This document shows, piece by piece, positions 32,892 to 43,802 of a stretch of 64,000 nt of DNA. Every line of letters begins with the position of its first letter. Within the stretch, counting starts at the first letter, position 1. The notes under the pieces were generated by a model. That model saw only the letters and a program-made list of their open reading frames with translations, made no database searches and had not been told where the DNA came from. A program made the translations under genes and the position numbers. The DNA lies in NCBI GenBank assembly GCA_963825865.1, contig CAWGVG010000029.1, positions 96,001 through 160,000 of the forward strand, given 5' to 3'. Origin of the DNA: an uncultured Nitrososphaeraceae archaeon. Lineage in GTDB: Archaea; Thermoproteota; Nitrososphaeria; Nitrososphaerales; Nitrososphaeraceae.

Positions 32892-33688
32892 CTTAAAGTA
32901 TTGATATATTGACTTTAACATCTTTTTTAATACCTCTTTGAAAGTATGTTCAAGAGTACAGCTTTATATTTTGCAAGCCATTCTTTAATTGTATAAGTAC
33001 TTTGTTCGTTGGTATGATGTATATGCTAACGCCAAAGCAATATCTAAATTTGAAAACTGCCATGCTGGTTTTGGAATAATTTATTATTTTGCTGTAATGC
33101 AGGATAGAATACATCATTATATACTTCATTCATCTCCGAATATCTATGACTGCTGCAACAAAGTCAGGGACAAAGACGACAGCAGCTACGAATGCGACAA
33201 AAGCCGCTACCACTATTACTGCTATGACTGATAATAACAATGATTATCATCTAGTCAGTACCACGGCGATGACTAGTGCTACTACTTCAATGACAACATT
33301 ACTCTGGAAGGATTGGGAATTGATGTCACAATAAGCAGAGCTCCAACCAATGGTAAGAAAAACAAAGTCAACACCTCCTACATAAAGATATGCAAAATGC
33401 CTCCAAAGCCTCCAATCCCTCCAGCCAGCCTGGATCAAAGACAACCACATACCAGATCAATCCACCACTAGACTAATAGTCAAACTACCAGTCTCCTTCT
33501 CTTTTATTTCCTTTATTTTGAAACAGTTTTTTTGCTACTGTGTAATGTCAGAGCCATCAACAACCAAAAGACTACTCATTTGGCATACTCAATTTCAAAA
33601 GATCTTGCCCTCTTTCTGTCATCAAGTATGTGTTGTGTTATCAGATCGATTACTGTTATTGGTGATGCATGGACAGCTCAATCAATCG

Positions 33689-34541
33689 CTAATCCAAGAA
33701 GACTGTCTGCAAATTCTCGTTCAGCGAGTCTAAGAGTCTCATATCTTCAGGTGCAAGCTGGAAGTCGAACACCTGGCTGTTCTCCAGTATCCTGTCCTCG
33801 TGTATGGATTTTGGAATCACGACCAAGCCGTGCTGCAAGCTCCAGCGTATTAGAACCTGGGCTGGCGTTTTACCATATTTCTTTGCTACCGCCAAGATAG
33901 TTGGGTGGTTAAGCCTCTTACCTCTGGTCAATGGGCTATAGGCCTCTAGCTGGATTGTATTCTTCTCACAGAATTCCAATAGCTCCTTTTGGTATAGGAA
34001 AGGATGAAATTCTATCTGGTTCACTGCAGGAACCACCACAACATCCGAGTCTTGTAGGATTCTCTTTCAGGTCGTCTACTGTGTAATTACTCACCCCAAT
34101 AGCCCTGGCTTTGCCCTGCCGCAACAACCAAACCATTGCTCTCCATATCTCGATGCTGTTGCTGTTCCCTTGCACTGGCCAGTGGATTAAGTATAGGTCC
34201 ACATATGTCATCCCAAGCTGTCGCAAGCTCTTCTCGCATTCCTGCAGAGTAGAGTCGTATCCTACTTGATTACTGTTCCACAGCTTGGTAGTGATTAACA
34301 CTTCCTCTCTTCTGATTCCACTTTCCCTCAATGCTGACCTCACATCGGCCTCGTTACCATACACCATGGCGGTATCTATGTGCCGGTATCCGATCTTTAA
34401 CGCATACCTCACAATACGTTGGGTTATCCTGCCAGGTGGTGACTGGTAGACTCCAAGGCCAAGGTATGGAATATCGACACCGTTATTGAGCCTAGCGCTG
34501 GACTCTAAGGTCAATAGCATACTTGCAATCATTAATTTCAA
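33689..34541 (-). CDS. Aldo/keto reductase (frameshift near 34040-34070)
   Basis: GLGVY, GYRHIDTA..Y, ITTKLW, DLYLIHWP, IGVSN, NQIEFHP, AYSPL and IPKS motifs. Confidence 0.92.
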
Positions 34542-34834
34542 ATCTCAATTAACTCTATCTATGATGGTGATGTACACTCCTTGCTGTGTTGAGTGACTCG
34601 CAGTAAGTCACGTCTTCCTCTCTCCCTGCCCCGACAGATAGCCTTTATTTGTTAACTCCGCAACTCAATTTTCCTACGCAGATGGAGACCCTCCATATCT
34701 TCTCTCTTCCCCTACGATAAGAGGCATGACTCACTCTGTCTACTACCGTCCATTTCTCAGACGTTGACAGAAATAAAGCATCAGAATTTCCAGACAGCTG
34801 CTGTAATACTTATCTCTGTAATAATATACTTTAA

Positions 34835-35290
34835 ATGCGCTATATCATAGAAATGCAAGAAGACGATGATATTGTAGGAGAGGAGGTGAATAAGGTTAAC
34901 GCCGAGTTCTATCATGCTTTTGAAAGCCTATCTATAGAAATGATGGATAAGTTGTGGAAGCACGACGAAGATGTTGTTTGCATACATCCAGGCTGGGATT
35001 TATTCACAGGTTGGTTGGCAATACGCGAAAGTTGGATAACAATATTTAGCAATACGGAGATGATAAGGTTTATACTTACAAATACAAAAGTAAGAATCTT
35101 TGATAATAATAGAATAGCAGTAGTTGTATGCCTAGAAAATATAGAAACTTCAGCTAATGGACAAGTGATTAAGATTGGCGTTATTGCCACCAATGTATTT
35201 GAGCGAAATGAACTAAACCAGTGGTTGCTTATTCATCACCACGGTTCTTCTGTAGCAAACTACATACCGCCAAATATCTCTTCTCAATAA
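34835..35290 (+). CDS. SnoaL/NTF2-like protein
   Basis: NAEFYHAFE, VCIHPGW, IRESW, ATNVF and WLLIHHHGS motifs. Confidence 0.88.
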   Translation: MRYIIEMQEDDDIVGEEVNKVNAEFYHAFESLSIEMMDKLWKHDEDVVCIHPGWDLFTGWLAIRESWITIFSNTEMIRFILTNTKVRIFDNNRIAVVVCLENIETSANGQVIKIGVIATNVFERNELNQWLLIHHHGSSVANYIPPNISSQ

Positions 35291-35613
35291 TATAATCTAC
35301 TAAATGTAAAAAAGCTGCCAAAGGTTTCATTTGTAATAAAGGATTGTTTAGGCAGGTATAGCGAACTAGAAACAAGACTTGATTTTAATGCAGAGATAAA
35401 GATAAAAGAAGGGACCTAAAGGTGCGAACAATGGAAATTACAAGAAGAAATAAAGTGTTGTATGAGACAGTTATAAGTAGGCCTCTGAACTATTTTTAGT
35501 TCATTGTTTTTTTTGACTGACTAATCCAAGCAACTGTTTGAAGACTTACTTACCAGGAATTAAATAAATTTTAAATAAGTTATAAGGATCGTTAATCTCT
35601 ATTTTAAGCATTC

Positions 35614-36060
35614 ATGAAAACTGGAATTTTAGGATCTGGTGACGTCGGACGCAGATTGGGCGATGGATTCATAGAACTTGGTCACATGGTCAAAATTGGA
35701 ACACGTGATCCAAGTAAAGGTGAAGTTGTACAATGGGTTAGCAACCACGGCGGAGAAGAGGGTAAAGCTTCAGCAGGAACTTTTACTGAAGCCGCATCAT
35801 TTGGAGAGATGATTGTAATAGCAACATCATGGGATGGGACATTTAACGCCATAAAAATGGCTGATCCCACAAATTTTGCAGGAAAAATTGTAATTGATGT
35901 TACCAATCCATTAGACTTTTCCAAAGGTATGCCTCCAAAGCTAGCTGTAGGTTATTCGGACTCTGCAGGAGAAACTGTTCACCTGTATGTACCATTTGAT
36001 ACTTGCAAAAAAAACTTGCGCTTATCAACCTTTTGGATGCACTTGCATTACTATATATAA
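35614..36060 (+). pseudogene. F420-dependent NADP oxidoreductase, C-terminally truncated
   Basis: GILGSGDVG, GTRDP, GKIVIDVTNPL, DSAGE; family similarity stops at ~35980 (no VVKAFN segment). Confidence 0.8.
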
Positions 36061-36078
36061 AACCTAGGGATAGGGTTG

Positions 36079-36261
36079 TTAAGATCTTTTAATATGCGAC
36101 TTTATTTTCTCTTGTAATTCTGGTGTCATTATCTCCTCCACTTTAAAATGATGATCCTGTACTGCATGTTGTTCTGCATTTTTCATAATTTCTTGTTCTG
36201 TTTCGCCTTTGCATACATAGTCACAATCCATTCCTACGTCTCTGCATGATACTGTTAACAT
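36079..36261 (-). CDS. DUF1059 small metal-binding protein
   Basis: CRDVGMDCDY...GETEQE...HAVQDH. Confidence 0.85.
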   Translation of the reverse strand: MLTVSCRDVGMDCDYVCKGETEQEIMKNAEQHAVQDHHFKVEEIMTPELQEKIKSHIKRS

Positions 36262-36694
36262 TTCTTCCTATAACTGGTTCCATGATATTAATAAGTTTAT
36301 TTTTGAAAAAATGAAAACTTATGATTTCGTTGTTCAATTTTCTACGAGGACATCCATCACAAGGTTTTCCAACGGATCTCATGGTTAGACAATATCAACA
36401 TTTGTTGTTCAACTAATGATCTGAATGTATTGAGGTAATTCAATTGGTCATCTAGTAAAGTCCTTCAAGCCCGTTCGATTTCTAATAAGACTAAATATCA
36501 ATGTCGTTATACTGTTGTTTTCTCTTAGGTTGTTTCAACATAATGGTAAAGTCTCAATTAGAGTAGATGAAAGTGATGTCGATAATGAAATAGAAATTAT
36601 CAGTGATTGATATTTCTTCGTCATTCATTTTCAATTTTAATAAAAAGGTCAAAGAAACAATGTATATGTACTTACCAATCATGACTAACTTTTA

Positions 36695-36929
36695 TTACTC
36701 AGTGCTTAAATAAATCGCAAATGGACCTACCTCCTTTAGTGCATCCTTGTAGTCTGTGTTTGCGTTTAATATTGAAAGAATGATCTCTAGATCTATTTCA
36801 CCTTCATTAAAAAATTGATAGTTCTGATTTGCTGATTCTAATCTCCCATCTATGTCTTTTAAAACATCTTTAAACCCTTTCTTCCTGTTAATGCCTATGA
36901 TACACCAAAAAAGTGTGTTACTTAACATA
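36695..36929 (-). CDS. Hypothetical protein (3' part of ORF 36695..37090)
   Basis: Globular-looking C-terminal ~77 aa; the remainder is the shadow of the wHTH gene. Confidence 0.35.
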
Positions 36930-36969
36930 GTTAACTTAATTATAATAATGTGCTGATTGCATACTGTGT

Positions 36970-37422
36970 ATGACGCTGGTAAATAATCGACATATGTCTC
37001 TTTCTCCAATATCATATCGTGATAGAATTTACATCGTCGAGGATATAATACTAAAGTTGGTAGAGCATGGCGAACTAAACCAGACTGCACTAGTTAGCTT
37101 TTGTGGATTGAATTTGAAAAAACATAGGTGCATACTCGATGAGCTACAAGTAAATGGTTTCATAAGCAAAAGCGAATTACCATTTGGAAAAAGAATTGTT
37201 GCAATCTACAAGCCCACACAAAAGGGAATAGAATTTTGTAGAAGTATATTGGAGCCATATGAGAGAATGTTTCCGAGAAGAAAAGAGTCTGTTGTATATA
37301 ATAATAGCAATAGTAATGAAGAGAAACCAGCAAGACAACTAAGTTGTCCTCAAGAAGAAGTAGATCAACAGGAAGAACAGCATTTGCGGCTAGTGGCAAC
37401 AGAACAAATTCCAGTTAATTAA
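36970..37422 (+). CDS. Winged-helix transcriptional regulator (HTH_45-like)
   Basis: YRDRIYIVEDII...NQTALVSFCGLN...YKPTQKGIEF. Confidence 0.85.
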   Translation: MTLVNNRHMSLSPISYRDRIYIVEDIILKLVEHGELNQTALVSFCGLNLKKHRCILDELQVNGFISKSELPFGKRIVAIYKPTQKGIEFCRSILEPYERMFPRRKESVVYNNSNSNEEKPARQLSCPQEEVDQQEEQHLRLVATEQIPVN

Positions 37423-37433
37423 AAAAGTACCAA

Positions 37434-37880
37434 TCAACAATCACTATTACTATTACTATTAGTATCTTCACTATATTGTGACGCAATCTTTCTATCCATT
37501 TCTTGTTTTTCTCTGATATAATCTCCATATCTTTTCTTCCAAGAACTAATTAGCCGATACTGCCTTATACCTGCTACAAGCCATATGGAAGAAATAACAA
37601 TAATCGTTCCCAAGAGCACAGCAAGGATATCTCCAAATTCATTTTCTATATCAAGAATTGCGAAAAACGATGGGTGCTGTAATAAGAATACCGAAAGTCC
37701 TATTGCAATAGGAGCTAATACTAATGCAGAAATAGATACTCCTAGGAGTGTTTTTCTGATTTGGAATATCTGTTCGATAAAATTATCGAGTAGGATCAGT
37801 ATTCTGTATCGGGAAAAAGAAGAGGATACAGTAGTGAGTTGTTCTTTTTTATCATAATCATTATTATCATCATCTGACAT
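37434..37880 (-). CDS. Two-TM membrane protein
   Basis: Two hydrophobic helices then GIRQY..ISSW..RY. Confidence 0.75.
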   Translation of the reverse strand: MSDDDNNDYDKKEQLTTVSSSFSRYRILILLDNFIEQIFQIRKTLLGVSISALVLAPIAIGLSVFLLQHPSFFAILDIENEFGDILAVLLGTIIVISSIWLVAGIRQYRLISSWKKRYGDYIREKQEMDRKIASQYSEDTNSNSNSDC

Positions 37881-38119
37881 ATGTCTAAATATACTGTTGT
37901 ATCTCTTCTACTTTGTCTTATATAGGCAATGATTAACTTGGTTAATTCAATTCAGTATATATTAGTAACAAACTATTTTGCTTGACGTTACTACAAGATT
38001 AACAAGTAAATCACTGCCATATCGTAGTGTAGATATGTCCTTACCTTACTTGGCAGTTAACAGTGTAAACTTACATGGTTTAGCATGTCTTAATTTGAGC
38101 TTATTCCTTTGCTTATGAT

Positions 38120-38386
38120 ATGAGTAGTAGTCAATCCATAAAGGCGCCTAGACCACTTAAAGGTGGAATAATATTTCATGAAGATTTTGATGTATCAAGT
38201 AATAATGCAATACAATCTGAGAGCAAACTAATTCACGAGCATGACTTCATTACAACAAGAATTAAAGAAACAAACAGTTTTTTCATTCATTGCATTACTT
38301 GCGGCATATGCTACTGTGGGCTATGTGGTAAGGCATTGGAAGATAATGTAATCAATCATGAATGCTATAATATATCAAAGAAATAA
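38120..38386 (+). CDS. Small Zn-finger protein
   Basis: HEHDF...HCITCGICYCGLCGK. Confidence 0.7.
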   Translation: MSSSQSIKAPRPLKGGIIFHEDFDVSSNNAIQSESKLIHEHDFITTRIKETNSFFIHCITCGICYCGLCGKALEDNVINHECYNISKK

Positions 38387-38550
38387 TAGCAAGTGGCTGC
38401 CATTCTTCACATTCAGTCTTAGTAGTAGTAGTTCATGGTGAAATTGTTTCAGACAAGGGTAAAAAAGAGAGAAAACAATACTATACTATAAAGCATCAAT
38501 TAATAATTCTAATATCAGCAGAGATTATTATTCTTCTTCTTCCCGTTCTG

Positions 38551-38760
38551 ATGCTACGCGTAACAACAATAAAGGTTGAAACTAGTTTTGCCTATGTAAC
38601 ACAGTCGTCTTCTGGTATTGCAGCAGCAGACCCAAGTTACTGCGACAAAGCAGGCCATTATCCCACTTGTTATGATATGGGATATGAGGGAGGTCTTATT
38701 GACAGACAGCAAGATGTCCAAAACGGCCTTAGATATTCAGCTTTAGAAGAAGAACAAAGC
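38551..38760 (+). pseudogene. Fragment of a secreted protein
   Basis: SFAY...CDKAGHYPTCYDMGYEGG; upstream signal peptide broken; abuts the flavin reductase fragment. Confidence 0.4.
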
Positions 38761-39025
38761 ACTCCAAGCAGCACTGTTGATAAAAGGTGCTGCAATGAAT
38801 GCCGAATGCAAGCTCCTAGCACATGAGAAAATAGGAGATCATATAATGTTTGTTGGTGAGATAATCGAAATCACAGCTGACGAGAACATTAAGCCTTTAG
38901 TTTATCACAACGGCATGTACTGGAAGCTAAGTGATAACCTTCCTAGGCCGCGGCGAGAAATTTTAGATGGAATAAAGCAGTTTGCTGAAAAATATCAAAA
39001 AAGCTCTAACGCTATAAAAACTTAA
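38760..39025 (+). pseudogene. Flavin reductase family, C-terminal fragment
   Basis: IKGAAMNAECKL...GDHIMFVGEI...KPLVYHNG. Confidence 0.8.
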
Positions 39026-39063
39026 ACCAAAGAAATAATTTGTGAATTTTAAACTTTACCAAA

Positions 39064-39246
39064 TTGAAATGTTTTGACTGTTATTTGGAATTTTATCCAA
39101 CGCTTCAGAACCCAATCTGCCCTTATTGTGGCTTTTGTCACTATTGTAGTGTTCAGTTGATTGGTTGCAAAACCAAAGCAGTAAGTCGGTCAGTCGACAT
39201 TAACGTAATGAAGTTGGTGGCGGCAAACCAGGAAAATAAAAAATAA
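39064..39246 (+). CDS. Small Cys-rich Zn-finger protein
   Basis: CFDC...CPYCGFCHYC. Confidence 0.55.
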   Translation: MKCFDCYLEFYPTLQNPICPYCGFCHYCSVQLIGCKTKAVSRSVDINVMKLVAANQENKK

Positions 39247-39358
39247 ATATTGTTTTCTCTTTCTCTTTATTCTTGATTCTCTACTTACTTGCCTTTAGAT
39301 AGGTGATTTTGGATAGTGATTCATAAGACCAATCATTAGGCCTCTGATTACTACTTAT

Positions 39359-39790
39359 TTAAAGTCCTACTGTTTCAAGATATGATCCTATTTCTTTAAA
39401 TGAAGCCCGATGATGGTCATTCATATGTTCAAGGACACGACAAAGATGATATCCATCACCAAGCAGATTACATTTGTTGCATTTAATTCTATAATATGGA
39501 TCAACTCCTAAAGTTCTATATGCCCTCAAAATATCGTCATCATCAGCTACGTATTCATATACAGATAAGGTCGTCGATGATTCATCTCCAATTCCAGCCT
39601 TTGACATCAGCAAGCCGTTAACACATACCTCGACCATAGATTTTGTTGTTGATGTGATTTGATGATCTTCATCTAGATCTGTAATTTCGGAAATTTTCAT
39701 AAAGTGTCCAAAACATTGTTCTTCAGTGGCATTTTTCAGTATTTGTGAAAGTTTTACTTTCTGTTTCTGTTCTTGAATCTGAACCAGCAT
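39359..39790 (-). CDS. Hypothetical protein with CxxC...HxNDxH Zn-binding C-terminus
   Basis: CVNGLL...CNKC...HMNDHHRASFKEIGSYLE. Confidence 0.7.
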   Translation of the reverse strand: MLVQIQEQKQKVKLSQILKNATEEQCFGHFMKISEITDLDEDHQITSTTKSMVEVCVNGLLMSKAGIGDESSTTLSVYEYVADDDDILRAYRTLGVDPYYRIKCNKCNLLGDGYHLCRVLEHMNDHHRASFKEIGSYLETVGL

Positions 39791-39963
39791 CCTGCTTCCT
39801 ACGTTATGTTAGTTTATAAAGAGATGGATTCTGGTTAGTACAGTTTGATAACGTTACAAAATCATCTTGATTAGGTGATCAGGAAGAAGAAGAAATAAAG
39901 ATGACTTTCACTAAATATCGCTAGCTTGAAATTGCAACACTCAAAAGAAATGAGCACGGTGAA

Positions 39964-40558
39964 TTGCAACACTTGAGTTCAAAGATGCAACAACAACAAA
40001 TTGAATGGCGTAGAACCAAAGTAATGGAATTGTTAAGTAAAGGAGAAAACAATCAATCTGAAATTGCAAGAGTGTTGCAAGTAGATAGGTCTATCATATC
40101 TAGAGATATTGCGCACATATTAGACAACAATCTAGGCATAATTCAGAAGATACATTGACGAACGGCTGCCAGAAGAATACGAGAAATGTCTTGTTGGATT
40201 GACTGCAATTCTAAGAGAAGCATGGAATACTTCGCAGCAGACAGAAGACAGGAGAGAAAAGATACAGGCTTTGTCATTGGCCAAAGACTGCTATTTGATG
40301 AAGTTGGATTTGCTTACCAACGCAACAGTAGTTGATGACGCTATCAGGTTTGTATCAGAATCAGAAAAGTTCAAAGATAAAGCCAAAGATCAAGTAAAAA
40401 GTTCGTCTTCTTCTTTTTTAGATAGTAGCAATGAAGAGGATAAAGAATCTAAGGAGCCTGATTATGATGATGATGACGATGATGAAAAGTCCGATAAAGT
40501 AGAGGAAGAAAAACAAGAAGAGCAAACTGGGCAAATACCGACAAATCAGGTTTTTTGA
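39964..40558 (+). CDS. HTH DNA-binding protein of a multicopy Nitrososphaeraceae family (frameshifted near 40120-40150)
   Basis: IEWRRTKVMELLSKG-NQSEIARVLQVDRSIISRD, then YIDERLPEEYEKCLVGL...IQALSLAKDCY.MKLDLLTNATVVDDAIRFV and an acidic tail. Confidence 0.8.
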
Positions 40559-40734
40559 TTATTGCTGTGAAGTTTTGACTTCTTGCTATAGTATTTAAAA
40601 GAAGTTTGTCACCCATTTACTGTTATTATAGCCTCAGCTGGGCTCAGTCAGTGTGTGTCATTACTCACCTGCTGCCTGGTCACATCTTGGATCACCTTCA
40701 TTATATATGTGAGTCAGTGTAATCAGATTTCGTA

Positions 40735-41817
40735 ATGAATGAAAAAAAGGACAACTATTCGCTTTATCTCTCATTTTGTTTGACAGCAATGTTTCTTACG
40801 ATTATTATTGTTGCAACCGGCATATTTGCTAGCTCATTAATATTAAACCAAAATCAGAGTGCAGTAGCACAACAGCAACAGCGGAGCAATTACTCGGATC
40901 TAATAGTAGTAATCAAACGCTATTATCTCCAGCTAAACAACAGCCTTTTGTTTCAAAAGGCATATCCTTTGTTATTGATAACGTGAACTTTTCGCATCAT
41001 ATGGCATCTGTTAATGGTATTCAACTTCACTACGTGATAGGTGGTCAAGGAGATCCAATAGTCTTGCTGCATGGTTGGCCACAGACATGGTATGAATGGC
41101 GCCATGTCATGTCAGCTTTGGCTAAGAATTATACTGTCATTGTACCTGATTTACGTGGGTTAGGTGATTCCTCAAAGCCAGTTACAGGCTATGACGGCAA
41201 GACTACCGCAGAAGATATCTTCCAACTGGTATCTCAACTAGGCTTTAAAGGCATATTCTTAGTTGGTCATGATTTTGGTGTACAAGTAGCGTATTCGTAT
41301 GCTGCTGCTCATCCCAATGACGTTAGACGCTTGGTTATCCTTGATGTTCCAATACCTGGTATAGGTCCCGGGGAAAATATTACAGGCTTATGGTGGATTC
41401 CATTCCATATGGTACGGGATATTCCAGAAATGCTTGTTGAAGGACACGAAAGGGAATACCTTGCTTGGTTCTATAGGAACGGTGCATGTAATCCTGCTGC
41501 AATCACGAAAGGGGATGTTGATGAATATGTTAGTCACTATTCTGCTCCTGGTGGAATGCGAGCCGGATTCGAATACTATAGGGCTTTATCTGACGATGTA
41601 AAACAAAATAAAGAATACTCTAGGGTTAAACTTCCCATGCCTGTTTTAGCTCTCGGGTGGGAAGTGTAGCTTTGGCACTGCGGCATTGGATTCAATGCGC
41701 TTGCTTGCTACAGATGTGCGTGGCGGCGTAGCTCCACTTTCAGGACACTGGATTCCAGAAGAGCAGCCGGATTTTGTAGTAGACCAGCTATTCAAATTCT
41801 TTGGAAACAGGTACTAA
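40735..41817 (+). CDS. Alpha/beta hydrolase (epoxide hydrolase/dehalogenase-like) with signal peptide, frameshifted
   Basis: LLHGWP, PDLRGLGDS, GHDFG nucleophile, GHWIPEEQP in an alternative frame. Confidence 0.88.
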
Positions 41818-41870
41818 GTAAGTGACAGGTGATAGTAGTAGGATATTATTTTTTGTCCAAGCTCACTTAC

Positions 41871-42167
41871 TTAGATTTGTGCCTGACCCCCATCGACGAA
41901 CAGTTCGATACCGGTGACAAAACTGCTGTCATCCGACGCGAGGAATGAGACGACTTTCGCGACTTCGTCCGATCTACCCATCCGCCCCATTGGCACCCTG
42001 GCCACGAGGCTCTTTAACTGCTCGATCTGTTCGTCAGTCTGTACCAAGGCCAAGATCGGTGTATCTATCGGGCCAGGGCTGATGGCGTTGACACGGATCT
42101 TGCGTTGTTTCAGCTCGACCGTCCAGGTGCGAGCGAACGACCGTACTGTGGCTTTGGTTGCGCTGTA
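41871..42167 (-). pseudogene. C-terminal part of a short-chain dehydrogenase (SDR)
   Basis: YSATK, IRVNAISPGPIDTP, PMGRMG, FLASDDSSFVTGIELFVDGG; Rossmann N-terminus absent; GC-rich. Confidence 0.85.
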
Positions 42168-42179
42168 AAGGGTTGATGT

Positions 42180-42545
42180 CCCGAACCCATTTCCTTTAGA
42201 ATTCTAGAAACAAAAAGTGCATCTCCTTTAGTACTACCATTGAGCAAAATCATGTGCTATTCTTTCTTCTCTTATTTAGTATAGGTACTAGTAGCCTAGA
42301 ATATTTTTCATGTATATATGAAGGAGTTACAATAATGATTATGTCTGCATCTGTTGCAGCCTCTTCCAAATTCGTTGTTGCTTTTAGATTAACAAAACCT
42401 TCTCCAAGTTTCCCTGAATATTGCAAACCGCCTTTTTCTAAGATGGGTTTAATATGGCTTGGTGCATAAGCAGAACAAAGGAAAACATCAAAACCCTTTA
42501 ATGTCAATTCAGCAGCACAAGCGCAGCCAGGGTCCGCTATACAAC
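42180..42545 (-). pseudogene. N-terminal fragment of an opine (octopine/nopaline) dehydrogenase-like protein
   Basis: G.ACAAELTLKGFDV...GGLQYSGKLGEG...ATTNLEEAATDADIIIIVTPS. Confidence 0.6.
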
Positions 42546-42657
42546 ATATGATAGATTCGCTTAGTCCCTTGACGTGACTTGACGTTAACCAGTTCATCAG
42601 CCAACACTGCAACAAATAATAAAGATGACGTTCAAAGCCAAACAAAGGACTCCGAAA

Positions 42658-43080
42658 ATGGACATCAAACGAAGCGGTTCACAGCCTTCCACCAAAGGGT
42701 CGGCTGAGTATTTCACCGGCAGCGTGCGCATTGACCCCCTGTTCCAAGCAAACGATCCAGCGCGGGCGGTCGGCGCCAGTGTCACGTTTGAGCCTGGCTC
42801 CCGTACCGCATGGCATACCCACCCGCTGGGCCAGATCCTGATCGTGACGGCTGGTTGCGGTCTAGTACAGCGCTGGGATGGCCCGGTCGAAGAAATTCAT
42901 CCGGGTGACGTGGTTTGGATCCCGCCTGGTGAAAAGCATTGGCATGGTGCCACGGCGACAACGGCCATGACCCATATCGCCATTCAGGAACAGCTCGATG
43001 GCAAGACGGCCGACTGGATGGAAAAGGTCAGCGACGAACAATACCAGGGTGGTCGTCAAGATAACAAGCGATATGGCTAG
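42658..43080 (+). CDS. Cupin protein (bacterial Mn-cupin/hydroxynitrile lyase-like)
   Basis: [39 protein letters not shown] and MTHIAIQE motifs. Confidence 0.88.
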   Translation: MDIKRSGSQPSTKGSAEYFTGSVRIDPLFQANDPARAVGASVTFEPGSRTAWHTHPLGQILIVTAGCGLVQRWDGPVEEIHPGDVVWIPPGEKHWHGATATTAMTHIAIQEQLDGKTADWMEKVSDEQYQGGRQDNKRYG

Positions 43081-43254
43081 GAGGCCTCATACACATTCAT
43101 TCCGTGATGAAAGAATGAAGGATGAATTCCTCGACATAATATGGTGATGTTGGACGCTACCGTGTTAGAAGTTTTCATTGCTGCAATTCGTTGCAAAAAA
43201 TACCTTGTCCGTAAATAACAGAAGCAGCATAAATCAACCACGGAGAGATAAACA

Positions 43255-43575
43255 ATGGCTACAACGGAAGCTAGATTGGAAGATCAAAAATCAAACTCGC
43301 CAACAACAACTAAGGCTGGTTCATCGCAACGGTCGCTAGTATTAGCTATCGTGACTTTGGAGCAGTTCATGGTAATAGTAGATTCTACGATCGTGCAGGT
43401 TGCCTTGCCCTCAATTGGAAGAGAATTTGGTGTATCTGTCAATGGATTGCAATGGATAGTTACTGCTTACGGCTTGGCTTTGGCAGGCTTTCTGATGCTT
43501 AGTGGGCGTGGGGGGATATCTACGGTCACAAGAAGTTGTTCATCACAGGAGTTCTACTGTTTTCTCTGGCCTCAC
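43255..43575 (+). pseudogene. N-terminal fragment of an EmrB/QacA-type MFS transporter
   Basis: QFMVIVDSTIVQVALPSI, LQWIVTAY.L..AGFLMLSGR; similarity ends after about three TM helices. Confidence 0.8.
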
Positions 43576-43802
43576 GACGCCAGCAATGATAAATCATTCA
43601 GCAGCAAGGACAGCAGCGCCAGCAAGGGCGAGCAGCGGCGGCAGTCACGGTCACCCCAGCGGCTAAGTTTGAGATAAAAATAAACAGTAGAATTAGACTA
43701 TGCGCTGCAAGTCTAATCTAAGTTCTTTAACAGTGGTTTTTTGACCTCCTCATTGAGAAGAGGTAAGGCAATTTCAGACTCCGTATTTTAAGAGACAAAT
43801 AA

